Source: an uncultured Candidatus Rokubacteria bacterium
Lineage (GTDB): Bacteria; Methylomirabilota; Methylomirabilia; Rokubacteriales; CSP1-6
Assembly: GCA_963758635.1 (NCBI GenBank)
Contig: CAVWWD010000006.1
Coordinates: 1 to 64,000, forward strand
DNA: 64,000 bases
Direction: 5' to 3'
How positions within the stretch are numbered: the stretch's first letter is position 1; each line of letters opens with the position of its first letter. Below are positions 30,117 to 40,247 of this stretch, one piece after another. The position numbers and the translations under genes were made by a program. Below the pieces are notes generated by a model. The model saw only the letters and a list, made by a program, of their open reading frames with translations. It made no database searches and had not been told where the DNA came from.

Positions 30117-33100
30117 TCAGCCCGGAAGCGGCGCCGCTCGCCGTGGCGCCCTGCCGTCGCGCGAGAGCGTGGCCTTGACCTCGGAAGCCGTCCCGATCGC
30201 GAGCAGGGCCCGCGCGTTCCGGACGGCGTAGCGGCCGTCCGGGCGGGAGCGTAGCACGCCCAGGCCGGCCATCTCCTCCAACACCGCCTCGAACTCGTCC
30301 TCTCCGAGCGACGCAAAGCCCTCCGGCCACCACGCCGCCGCCTGCTCACGGAGCCACTCCGCCGACGCCCCCGCGTCCACAGGGGCCCGGCCCTCCAGCG
30401 CGCCGAGGGTGAGCGCTCCGGCGACGACCTCGTAGCGCGGGTCGAGCGCGGGCGTCGCCGCGACGTGCTGTCGCACGGCGGTCCGCCACTCCCGCCCGGC
30501 CTGCACCGCGTCCACGTGCTCCGCGGTGATCCAGTGCGGCGGCCCGCCCTCGGGCGCCGGCGCAGACACGTGGCGGAGCAACGAGCATCCGAAGTGCTGG
30601 ATCAGCGCCGGATCGTGGCCGGTGTGCGCGAGGAGCCGCGCGACCGAGCCCGGCCGGAACCGGTACCCGAGGAGGCTCAGCGGTTCCTCCACGAGCGCTC
30701 GCGCCGCGCGCACCTCGCCGCCGTCGGCGAGCGAGCCGAGCGCGATCGACGCGCCGAACCCGGCCAGCGGATGCTTGCGCAGCCGGGAGACGCGGAAGAC
30801 GCCGGCGCCGCCCGCGAAGACGATCTTGAATCGCCCCTCGGTCTCCTCCATCAGGTCCCGGAGCAGCGTCGTCTGCGGGTAGTGCTCCTCCGCATCCTGC
30901 TCGAGGAACTGGTCCGCCTCGTCCACCAGCAGCCGGATCCGCCGGTTCAGGCTCTGATCGAGCCAGAGCTTCACGGCCTCGGCGACCCGCTCCGGCCGGA
31001 TCAGCGGGAATCGGCGCTTGAGCACGCCGGCATCGAGGAGCTCGCGGGCCAGCCGAGACCAGAGATCCTCGCTCGTGGACGGCGACCCGACGGGGTCCAG
31101 CCTGAGATCGATCCAGCGGACGATCGCGCCGGCGAGCGGCGCGTGGTGCGTGCGCTCCACGTGCCGGAGGAGCGCGGTCTTCCCGGCCTGCCGGCCGCCG
31201 TGGACGAAGCACGGGCCCAGCCCCTGCTCGATCAGCGCGGCCTCGCGCTCGCGGCCGAAGAACATCTCCGGCGGCACCAGGCCCGGCGTGGTCACGTACG
31301 GCTCGTGGTGCGCGAACGGCATGTGATGCGGAAGAGCGTGGCGAGCCGCGGCCCCTGCGTCCGGGCGAGGAAGAGGAGCGCGAGCTCGTCGACGACGACG
31401 AACGTACGCCGCCGCGCCCGGGCGAGGCGCGCGAGGTCGCTGCGGCGCTGGACGCCCATGCGCCCGAAGAAGAACACGACCGTCGCGGGCTGGCGCGCGG
31501 TGTCGCCGAGCCGGCCCACCAGCTCGTCGTCCGACGGCCAGTCCCACAGGCCCAGGATGCGGTAGCGGCCGTTGGCGAAGGAGCCGAACGCGTCCAGCGG
31601 CACGCGGGCCCGGTCACGGATGGGCTCGCCCACCACCTCGAGGCTCGCCTGCCGGCCCGGGCCTCCCGGCTCGACGCGAAGCGACGGGAAGCCCAGCGCG
31701 TGGAGCACGATCCGCGCGTGGTCGGGGTCCAGCTCGCGCCGGCGCTTCATTTCGTACCAGCTCGAGAGCATCTCGCCGGCCTGCCGCTCCGGCTCGGTCG
31801 GCGGGCGCCGGGCGTCGACGCCCGCGAACGGACGCGCGGCGACCATGTGCCCGCGCACTCGCTGGTCGGCGCCGGCTCCGACCTCGGGGGAGTGCTCCAG
31901 CGCGGCGACCGCGGCGGGGAAGAACTCATCGAACACGTCCACGGCTGCGCTCTCGGCGGCCGCCCCGCCCTCGCCGCGGCGCGCCGCGAGCGTCTCCAGG
32001 ACGGTCGCGAGGTCGGCGTGCGCCCGGCCGCCCCGGGCGACGGCGTCGCCCGCGAGCTCGACGGCGACGAGCGTCGCGTCGATCTCCGCGCGCTCCGCCT
32101 CCCCGAGCCAGCCCTGCGCCGCGCCCTGCTCCACCGCGCGCTGCGCCTCGTCGAGCGCGCGCGCGAGCTCCGTGCGCTGGGCGTCGAGCTCGGCCCGCGA
32201 GGCCTCGCGGAGCGCCCCCGCCTCCTCGCGGGCGGTCCGCTCGAGACGACTGAGGATGCGGCCGGCCGCCATCGCGTCGCCGCGAGCGGCGTGACGCCGG
32301 TACGCGGCGGACCAGTCCACCGGATCCCGCAGGAGCGCGGCGAGCGCGGCGCGGACCTCGTCCGCGCTCGCCTCCGGCTCCAGCGCCTCGCCGAGCGGAA
32401 GGTCCGTGAGCAGGAGATCGGCGCCGAGCAGCTCGACGGGCGAGGCCTCGGTCGCCGCGGCGGGCCCGTCGGCGGACACGAGCGCGCGCACGCCCTCGAC
32501 GGCCTCCCGCAGGACACGCGCCGCGGCCCGGATCGGCGCGTCGTCGTGCGCCTCCAGGCGCGCGAGCTCGTCGAGCGCGGCCGGCATCGACGCCGCGATC
32601 TCATGCTGCGCGTCGGTCATGGACCGCTCCACGTGCTCGCCCGCGGCGGGCCGCACGTCGTTGAGCTCGATCCACCGGCGCCCCAGGGTGGCCGCCTGCA
32701 GCACGTGGTCGATCATGGTCTCGCGCGCCGCGCCCGCGAGCGGCTTCGGATGGATGATGCGCACGGCGCGATCCGCCACCTCGATCTCGATCTCCGGCTC
32801 GAGCCCCTCGACCGCGGCGTGGACTACGGCCAGGTGCGTGGCGTCGATGGCGTCGGCGGGAAGGAGCCGGTGCACGATCCCGCCCGGCGTGGTCAGCGTC
32901 CGCCAGATGTCGCGGGACTGAGGCGAGGCCATCGCGCGGGCCGAGGCGCGGGCGCGGAAGCCGCGCGTGTCCTCCACCAGCGCGTCGCGCCGGGCCTCCC
33001 ACTCCGCCGCGCTCGTGCTCCCGGTCACGCGCGAGGGCAACGATCCGTTGAGTCGCTCTCCCGCGCGGAGGACGACCTCGGCGAGCGTCTGCAGGGCGCC

Positions 33101-34147
33101 CGGCAGCTCGACCGCCCGCAGCACCTCGGGCGCGCGCGTGCGCCATGCGACCAGCGCGGGCCGGAGCGCCGCCGCGCCCAGCACCAGCGCGCGGGCGCGG
33201 TCGTGTCCGGCGCCCCCGCCGGCGCCGCCGCCGATGATCGCGGCGAACGTCTCGCGAAGCACGGCCGCGATCTCCCCGGTGGGCGCCTGGATCTCCAGGC
33301 CCAGCACCGCGGCCTTCACCACTGCCGGCGGCGCCGGAGGCGGATCGAGCACACGGGCGATCTGATACGCGAGGCCGCGCCGCTCGGAGGCGAGCACGCT
33401 CCAGAAGTCGCGACGCAGGACGTCCTCGTGCGGAGATGGCGACACGGCGGCCGGCTCCGCGCGCGGCCGCCCCGGCGATTCGGCCGACGGCGATGGCGCG
33501 GGCGCCGCCGGCGGTTCCGGTGTGGCCGGCACGGGCGGCGGCGGCGCGACGACGGGAGCCGGCGGCGAGACGGCCGGGGCGCTCGCCGGCGCGACGGAGG
33601 CCACGACCTCGCCCGGGGCCCGCGCGGGCAGACGAAGCGCGCCGCGCAGCGCGGACGCGGCCACGGCAGCGCCCAGGCCGCGCGCGATCGTCGCCGCGAG
33701 ATCGGCAGCCTCCTCGTCGCTGAGCGCGGCTGACGAGCCCCGCTCGATCAGCTCCACGAGCGCGACGACCGGCTCGGCGTCAGCGAGGGAGACCGGCGCA
33801 CCCTCCGTCAGCCGGCGACGCAGATCCTCCCCTCGCTGCCGGACGAGCGCCACCTGGGGCGAATCTACCCGGTCCCGGTGCTCGAGGCCGGCCAGCGCCC
33901 CCACCGCGGCCTCGATGCGGCTCACCCGATCGCGGGCGCTCCGGAGCTCTTGCAGGGAGCGCGCTTCCACGCCGAGCCGCGCCGCCTCGACCCGGAGCGC
34001 CTCGGCCAGACGCTGGCCCTCCTGGTCGAGCCGCGCGAGGTCCGGGACCTCCCGGCCGTCACGGAGGTCGGCGGCGGCCCGCTCGAGCTCCGCGGCGAGC
34101 GCCGCGAACCGCGTCTCGAGGCCGGGCATCGTCTGGTCGGCGGGCAT
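30117..34147 (-). CDS. Large alpha-helical protein with C-terminal STAND-like P-loop ATPase and winged helix; single frameshift near 31322
   Basis: PY..PPEMFFGRERE pre-P-loop motif, Walker A GGRQAGKT, Walker B LLVDEAD, GHDPALIQ; restoring one base joins TLFRIT to PF (about 1340 aa). Confidence 0.8.
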
Positions 34148-34305
34148 CGGGGCGTCCCCCTCGCGCGTGCGGGACATCGTCGGGTGTGGCCACGACATGA
34201 CCATCCGGGAGCTCACCGGAGGACGTCAACATCGAGTGTCGTCACCGTGCCCACCGGAGGAACGTCGTGTCAGCCGCGATCAGGATCTGAATGAACCTTC
34301 AGGCA

Positions 34306-34334
34306 ACTCTGCCCGCGGGCGGCGAATGTGTCAA
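34306..34334 (-). promoter_or_regulatory. Putative sigma70 promoter of the large ATPase gene
   Basis: TTGACA, 17 bp, CAGAGT on the minus strand. Confidence 0.45.
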
Positions 34335-34409
34335 GCGACGCCCCACGACGGCTCGGATGCCGCGCACGGGGCCGCCGCGTTCCTTGCGCCGATCGCGAAC
34401 CCTTACCCT

Positions 34410-35465
34410 ATGATCGATCACATGCGTGTCGCGACGCTGGGCCGGGCCGTCCTCGTCGCCCTCGTCGTCGCCGTGCTGTCCGCCGCGCTGCTGGAGGGCG
34501 CGGCGCGGCTGGCCGGACTCGCGCCGCCGCTCGAGCAGCAGTACGGGGACAACGTCGCGGACCCGCACCTGCCCTTCAAGAAGCGGCCGGGGAGCGTCGT
34601 CCGCGCCCGCGCGGGCTCGGGCGAGTTCGAGGCGGAGTACCGTCACAACAGCCTCGGCTTCCGCGACGTCGAGCACGACGCCGCGAAGCCTCCCGGCGTG
34701 TTCCGCGTCGTCGCGGTCGGCGACAGCTTCACCTACGGCGTGGGGGCGGCCTTCGAGGACACGTACCTGGCGCAGCTCGAGCGGCGCCTCAACCCGCGCG
34801 GCGCTCCGCGCCGCGTCGAGATCGTGAAGCTCGGGCTGCCTCGATACTTCCCGGCCCTGGAGGCCCGCGTCCTCGAGCGCTACGGTGTCCGGTTCGAGCC
34901 GGATCTGGTGCTCGTCGCCGTGCTCCCCAACGACGTGCTCGACACCGCGCTCGGCACGGACGCCGTGTACGTCGACGACGCGGGCCGGCTGCGGACCCGC
35001 GACGGCGCGCGCCTGGGCGCGCTCGCCGCGTGGCTCGCCGAGCGCTCGCACGCGGTGCGCGCGTTCCTGGGCGGCGCCGTCGCGCGCGTCCGCGCGCGCG
35101 CGAGCCCGCTCCGGCCCGACGACGTCTACCGCGCCGACGGCGCCCACGAGGCGGACTGGCGGCGCCTGGAGGCGGATCTGGGCGCCATGCGCGAGCAGGC
35201 GGCGCGCCACGGCGCGCGCTTCGTCCTGGTCGGCATCCCGCAGCGCGGCCCGTGGGGGCCCCGCCACGAGTACCCCGAGCGCCGCCTCGCGGCGTGGGCG
35301 GGACGCCACGATGCGGTCTTCGTGGGCACGATCGCCGCGCTCCGCGCCGCCGGCCCGGCCGAGCGCCTCTACTGGCCGCGAGACGGGCACTGCACGCCCG
35401 CGGGGTACGCCGCCGTCGCCGGCGCGATCGCAACCGTTCTGATCGAGCGCGGCCTCGTCCCATGA
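34410..35465 (+). CDS. SGNH/GDSL hydrolase family protein, membrane anchored
   Basis: NSLGFRD, AVGDSFTYG, PND, DGHCTPAGY; N-terminal TM helix. Confidence 0.88.
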   Translation: MIDHMRVATLGRAVLVALVVAVLSAALLEGAARLAGLAPPLEQQYGDNVADPHLPFKKRPGSVVRARAGSGEFEAEYRHNSLGFRDVEHDAAKPPGVFRVVAVGDSFTYGVGAAFEDTYLAQLERRLNPRGAPRRVEIVKLGLPRYFPALEARVLERYGVRFEPDLVLVAVLPNDVLDTALGTDAVYVDDAGRLRTRDGARLGALAAWLAERSHAVRAFLGGAVARVRARASPLRPDDVYRADGAHEADWRRLEADLGAMREQAARHGARFVLVGIPQRGPWGPRHEYPERRLAAWAGRHDAVFVGTIAALRAAGPAERLYWPRDGHCTPAGYAAVAGAIATVLIERGLVP

Positions 35466-37528
35466 CCGCCCGCGCTCCGCGGCCACCGATCACCGTGCTG
35501 ATGCCGTGCCGCGACCAGAAGCCCGAGTTCCTCGCCGCCGCGGTGGCGTCGGTGCGCGCGCAGACCTCGCCCGGCTGGAGGTTGCTCGTGCTCGTCGCGC
35601 CGGACACGCCGGCCGCGGTGTCGGAGATCGTCGCCGCGGCGGGCGACCCGCGCATCGCCGTCGTCATGCGCGAGGGCCACGGCCTCGGCGCCGCGCTGAA
35701 CACGGGCATGCGCCGCGCCGACACCGAGTTCGTGTGCATCCTCTTGAGCGACGACCTCCTGGCCCCCGACGCCGTCGAGGTGCTGCAGCGGAACATCCGC
35801 CTCTTCCCGCGCGTCGACTTCTTCCACACGTCCCGCCGGTCCATCGACGCCGCGGGCGCGGCCTGCTCGCCGGTCTGGCCGAGCCGGCGCTTCGCGCTCG
35901 CCGACTTCGCCCGGACCGGCTCGCCGGTCAAGCACCTCATGTGCTGGCGGCGCGCGCTCGCCCTCGCCGCCGGCGGGATGGACGAGAGCCTGGGCCCGCA
36001 CGGCTGCGACGACTACGACTTTCCGTGGACGATGGCCGAGCGGGGCGCGCGCTTCAAGCCGGTGCGCGAGTGCCTGTACCTGCACCGCGTGCATCGCGAG
36101 TTCGCGCGGCTCACCACCCACGTGCCCCTCGCGTCGCAGGTGACGATCCTCACCGCCATGTTCCGCAAGCACGGCGTGCCCGAGCCGGACATCTCGAGCT
36201 ACCTGCACCGCGCGCTCGACGGCTATCTCCTGGACGACGCGCGGTCGACCGACGACGGCCCGCCCGCGGTGCGCGCCACCCTCACCTGCCGCGGCGAGGT
36301 GGCGGACGACCGGCTCGAGATGCTCGGCGACGCGGACGCCGGCGTGGTCCCGCACGACGTGCTCGTGCTGCCGAGGGGCGGGGCCGACGGCCTCCGGCTC
36401 GCGCGGCGCCTCTGCGGCGTGAGCGATCCCGACCGCCTGCGCGAGATCGTCGTCGTCCGCCACGGCGGCTCGATCGACGGGGGCGGGCGGCTGGCCGCGG
36501 CCAGCCTCGTCACGCGCGGCGACCGCGTCATGGTGACGGCATGCCGGGCGGACGCCGGCGCGCCGGCCGGCGTGAGCCGCATGCTGCTCAACGCCGTCAT
36601 GGCCTTCGCCGTCGAGCGCGGGGCCGCCCGCGTGCTCCTGCCGAGCCGCGCGCTCGCCCGCCGTCGCACCCCGGGCGCGACGGGCGGGGACGGCATCGGG
36701 CGGCTCGACGACGCTCACGCGCGCGCCCACTTCGCGCCCGAGCGCCGGGGGCCCTGGTGGCGCTTCGACGTCGCGGCGAACCGGGCCCGCGTGGCGATGC
36801 CGGCGCGCGTGCGCGAGCTCGCCGACCTGGGCCCGCTGGTGTGCGTGTGCCACGACGTCGACGGGACGGGAAACGCCCGGGCGCTGGCGCGCATGCTCGA
36901 GGCGGAGGCAACGCTCGGCATCGCCGCCACGTACTGCGTGGGTCCGGACCTGGCCGACGACGCGCGGGAGGCGATCCGGCGCGCCGGCCACGCCGTGGCC
37001 TTCCGTCCGCGCGTTCCGGCCGCGGGCGGTTCCGGCGGTCACCCCTGGCGCCCCGCCGCGCTCCGAAACCGGCTCACGGCGTCGTGGAGTCGCCTGCGCG
37101 GGAGCGACGCCGCGTGGACGGGCCTGGCCGCGTGCCGCGGCCGGGGCGCGACGATCAGAGGCTACCGGCTGTCCGCCGGGGCCCGCCGGCCCTCCGACGA
37201 GACGCTGGCCGCCCGCGGCCTCGACTGGATCGCCGTGCCGGGCGCCACGCTCGCCCGCGGTCGCCCTCGCCTGCACCGAGGCATCGTCACCATCCCGATC
37301 ACCCACGACGACGGCGACCTGCGCGCCGGACGCGAGGGATGGGAGGCGTGGCGGGAGCGCCTGCTCACCGCCGCAGGGCGCCGCCACTTCGTGGCGCTCA
37401 CGGTGGACGCCGGCGCGGAACGCTCGCCGGGCGACTACGGCGAGCTCCTGGCCGTCCTCCGGGCGCGCGCGGAGGTCTGGACGCTCGACCGGGTCGCCCG
37501 TCACCTCATGCTCACCAGCGCGGAGTAG
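35462..37528 (+). CDS. GT2 glycosyltransferase fused to an unknown middle domain and a degenerate polysaccharide-deacetylase-like domain
   Basis: ITVLMPC, ALNTG, LSDDLL, DDYDF (GT2); CHDVD..ATYCV..GHAVA..IRGYR (NodB-like fold). Confidence 0.75.
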   Translation: MTARAPRPPITVLMPCRDQKPEFLAAAVASVRAQTSPGWRLLVLVAPDTPAAVSEIVAAAGDPRIAVVMREGHGLGAALNTGMRRADTEFVCILLSDDLLAPDAVEVLQRNIRLFPRVDFFHTSRRSIDAAGAACSPVWPSRRFALADFARTGSPVKHLMCWRRALALAAGGMDESLGPHGCDDYDFPWTMAERGARFKPVRECLYLHRVHREFARLTTHVPLASQVTILTAMFRKHGVPEPDISSYLHRALDGYLLDDARSTDDGPPAVRATLTCRGEVADDRLEMLGDADAGVVPHDVLVLPRGGADGLRLARRLCGVSDPDRLREIVVVRHGGSIDGGGRLAAASLVTRGDRVMVTACRADAGAPAGVSRMLLNAVMAFAVERGAARVLLPSRALARRRTPGATGGDGIGRLDDAHARAHFAPERRGPWWRFDVAANRARVAMPARVRELADLGPLVCVCHDVDGTGNARALARMLEAEATLGIAATYCVGPDLADDAREAIRRAGHAVAFRPRVPAAGGSGGHPWRPAALRNRLTASWSRLRGSDAAWTGLAACRGRGATIRGYRLSAGARRPSDETLAARGLDWIAVPGATLARGRPRLHRGIVTIPITHDDGDLRAGREGWEAWRERLLTAAGRRHFVALTVDAGAERSPGDYGELLAVLRARAEVWTLDRVARHLMLTSAE

Positions 37529-37540
37529 CGCGCCCCCGTC

Positions 37541-37639
37541 GCGATTGTGAAGGAATGCGGATTCCGACTTCGCCGTGCGGGCCAACACCGCGATTCCGCG
37601 TCCACACGCGGGGTCGCCGCGCCATTCATTCGCGCCCCC
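37541..37639 (+). mobile_element. 99-bp MITE-like repeat, copy 1 (more degenerate ends)
   Basis: 48 of the first 60 nt identical to 58976-59074 by manual alignment; shared GCCATTCATT near the right end; same length. Confidence 0.65.
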
Positions 37640-37768
37640 GTCGAGGAGGAGCGCCACACTTGACACGCCCGGAGCGGCAGCCGATCCTCACGAGAACTGG
37701 TCCAGCGCCAGCGCGCCCGACGGGCGCGCCGGCGCCGCTCGACACCACCTCGCGCTCGGAGGACACCC

Positions 37769-38986
37769 GTGGCCGACGATCCGTCCCGCGCCAAGCTCCC
37801 CGCCGTCGATCCGCTTCCCCTCACCGGCCTGCGCGTCCTGGACCTGACGCTGGCTCGCGCCGGGCCCACCTGCGTGCGTCACCTCGCGGACTGGGGCGCG
37901 GACATCATCCGCGTGGAGCCGCCGGGGGCCAACGAGGGCTTCGGCGGATCCCGCGACGGGTTCGACTTCGTCAACCTGCACCGGAACAAGCGCAGCATCG
38001 CGCTGGACCTGAAGGACCCCGCCGGCCACGCGGCCTTCCTGCGGCTCGCGAAGACGGCGGACGTCCTGGTCGAGAACATGCGGGCGCAGGTGAAGCACCG
38101 GCTCAAGATCGCCTACGACGACCTCAAGCCGGTGAACCCTCGGCTCGTGTACGCGTCTATCTCGGGCTTCGGCCAGACCGGGCCGTACGGCAAGCGCGGG
38201 GGCGTCGACCAGATCGCGCAGGGGCTGGGCGGGCTCATGTCGATCACCGGGGAGCCCGGACGCGGGCCGATGCGGGTGGGCATCCCGATCGACGACCTCA
38301 CCGCGGGCAACCTGCTCGCGTTCGCCGTCATGCTCGCGCTCTACGAGCGGCAGAAGACGGGCCGGGGCCGCTACGTGCACACGAGCCTCCTCGAGGCGCA
38401 GGTCTTCATGCTGGACTTCCAGGCGAGCCGCTACCTCATGGACGGCGAGGTCGCCGGGCAGGCCGGCAACGATCACCCGGTCAACATCCCGATGGGCGTG
38501 TTCCCCACCGCCGACAAGCCCATCAACATCGCGGCGTCCTCCCCGAAGCTCTGGGACGTGTTCTGCAAGGCGGCGGACAGGACGGACTGGCTCGAGGTAC
38601 CGGAGTGGAAGACGCCTCAGGGCCGGAGCAAGGATCGCGCGCGCGTCAACGCCGCCGTCTCCGAGGTCACGAAGACGAAGCCGTCGGCGCACTGGATCGA
38701 CCTGCTCGAGGAGGTCGGAATCCCCTGCGGGCCGATCAACGACATCGCCGGGGTCTTCGCCGACCCGCAGGTGAAGCACCTCGAGCTCGCGATGCCGATC
38801 CAGCACCGGCGCCGCGGCCTGACGCACATCGTGGGCACGCCGGTGAACCTGGAAGGCCACGAGACCGGCGTGCGTCGCGACGTGCCGGACCTGGGCGAGC
38901 ACACCGCGGAGATCCTCGCCGAGGCCGGCCTCAGCGCCGAGGAGATCGCGGCGCTCTCCGGCCGCGGCGTGGTCGGCGGAGCCTGA
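37769..38986 (+). CDS. CaiB/BaiF family III CoA-transferase
   Basis: LTGLRVLDL, ADWGADIIRVE, RNKRSIALDLK, SISGFGQTGP, DLGEHT. Confidence 0.93.
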   Translation: MADDPSRAKLPAVDPLPLTGLRVLDLTLARAGPTCVRHLADWGADIIRVEPPGANEGFGGSRDGFDFVNLHRNKRSIALDLKDPAGHAAFLRLAKTADVLVENMRAQVKHRLKIAYDDLKPVNPRLVYASISGFGQTGPYGKRGGVDQIAQGLGGLMSITGEPGRGPMRVGIPIDDLTAGNLLAFAVMLALYERQKTGRGRYVHTSLLEAQVFMLDFQASRYLMDGEVAGQAGNDHPVNIPMGVFPTADKPINIAASSPKLWDVFCKAADRTDWLEVPEWKTPQGRSKDRARVNAAVSEVTKTKPSAHWIDLLEEVGIPCGPINDIAGVFADPQVKHLELAMPIQHRRRGLTHIVGTPVNLEGHETGVRRDVPDLGEHTAEILAEAGLSAEEIAALSGRGVVGGA

Positions 38987-39022
38987 GCCGGCCAGCGGGG
39001 CGGGAATCGAGGCCTGGCGTGA

Positions 39023-39586
39023 ATGGACACCTCGTCGCGGGCGCGCATCACCTCGGTCCTGTGGCCGGCCGGCGCGCGAACGCCAACGAGCGTCTGGGCG
39101 TTGCTCGACCTCGCGCGCGACCGCCGGATCCATCCGCTCCTCGTCGAGTCGCGGCTCGAGTTCCTCTGTCTCTACGCCGGCCGCCTCTCGCGCCGGCTCG
39201 AGCAGGCCGCGCCGCACATGATCGAGCTGCTGCCCGGGCACTGGTTCACGGACCGGCTCCTCGACGAGGGCTGGGGCCGGAGCTGGGGCGTGTTCGTCAC
39301 GATCCAGGATCCCACCATCCTTCGCCGGCACCTCCGCCGCTTCCTCAAGGTGCGCGACGAGGCCGGCCGCTCGCTGCTCTTCCGCTTCTACGACCCGCGC
39401 GTGCTGCGCGTCTACCTGCCGACGTGCCGCCCCGACGAGCTGGCGCAGGTGTTCGGCCCGATTGCGAGCTACCTCACCGAGGGCGAGGACGGATCGTCGC
39501 TGATCGAGTTCCGCTTCCACGGCGACCGCCTGCTGACCCGCACGGTGGCCACGGACGGAGCGGCGATGGAGCCACGCTGTGAGTGA
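39023..39586 (+). CDS. DUF4123 domain protein (T6SS effector chaperone family)
   Basis: ALLDLARD, CLYAG, APHMIEL, GRSWGVF, LRRHLRRFL, LFRFYDPRVLRVYL. Confidence 0.85.
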   Translation: MDTSSRARITSVLWPAGARTPTSVWALLDLARDRRIHPLLVESRLEFLCLYAGRLSRRLEQAAPHMIELLPGHWFTDRLLDEGWGRSWGVFVTIQDPTILRRHLRRFLKVRDEAGRSLLFRFYDPRVLRVYLPTCRPDELAQVFGPIASYLTEGEDGSSLIEFRFHGDRLLTRTVATDGAAMEPRCE

Positions 39587-40148
39587 GTACCAGTTGGTCC
39601 CGTACGCGGTCGTCGAGATCCGGCGTTGCCCGGAAAACGCGGCCCGTTGCTCCTTGCGACACGGCGAGCCCACCGCGATCGGCGACGCCAAGCGCGGGCT
39701 CCGCTGCCTGGACGTCGCGGGCCGGGCCGCCGCGGCGGATCGTCTTCGCGCGTACGTGTTCCAGTCCGGCGACATCGAGACGCTCAGACGCATCGCCGGG
39801 CAGGAGGACCTGACGTCGCTCCAGCTGACCGATCACCAGGTGGTGGAGCAGGTGGCGGCGCTGGTGGAGCGGCGGACCGTGTGCCTGCTCGGATCGGTGA
39901 TCGCCCGCTCCGCGTCCTTCGGCGTCAAGGAGGCGCCGCCCGCCGCCGCGCCCCGGCCGAGCGCCACCGGCTTGCCGCCGTCCCGGCATCATCCCCGCTC
40001 CGAGCCCCCCGCTTCTCCGCCCGCCGCCGACGATTCGGTCGAGGTCGACGATGCGCAGCAGGTCGCCGTGCTCGAGGAGGCCGCGAAGGACGGCGTGCCG
40101 TTCTGCGAGGAGTGCGAGAAGGAGCACCAGCGCCCGCACGACCACTGA
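39579..40148 (+). CDS. Hypothetical protein with Pro-rich linker and C-terminal GVPFCEEC motif
   Basis: Overlaps the DUF4123 stop by 8 bp; QVAVLEEAAKDGVPFCEECEK tail. Confidence 0.65.
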   Translation: MSEYQLVPYAVVEIRRCPENAARCSLRHGEPTAIGDAKRGLRCLDVAGRAAAADRLRAYVFQSGDIETLRRIAGQEDLTSLQLTDHQVVEQVAALVERRTVCLLGSVIARSASFGVKEAPPAAAPRPSATGLPPSRHHPRSEPPASPPAADDSVEVDDAQQVAVLEEAAKDGVPFCEECEKEHQRPHDH

Positions 40149-40247
40149 CTGGCCGCTTGCCCTTGAAGTCGCGAGCCGAGCGGGTCATCGAGTGACCGCG
40201 GATGCTGCGCCGAGGGACAGGCTCGTTTAGCTCGCCAGGCGCGAGGC

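Noticed and set aside
31310..31330. Programmed frameshift or two separate genes in the large ATPase
   Set aside because: No slippery heptamer; a single missing base restores a continuous motif, as at many other sites in the window
30080..34147. Both genes of the ATPase module begin MPAD
   Set aside because: Four residues only, with no further similarity; probably coincidence
34214..34266. Direct repeat CACCGGAGGA (34214 and 34252) upstream of the ATPase gene
   Set aside because: Only two 10-bp GC-rich copies; cannot be distinguished from chance without homologous promoters
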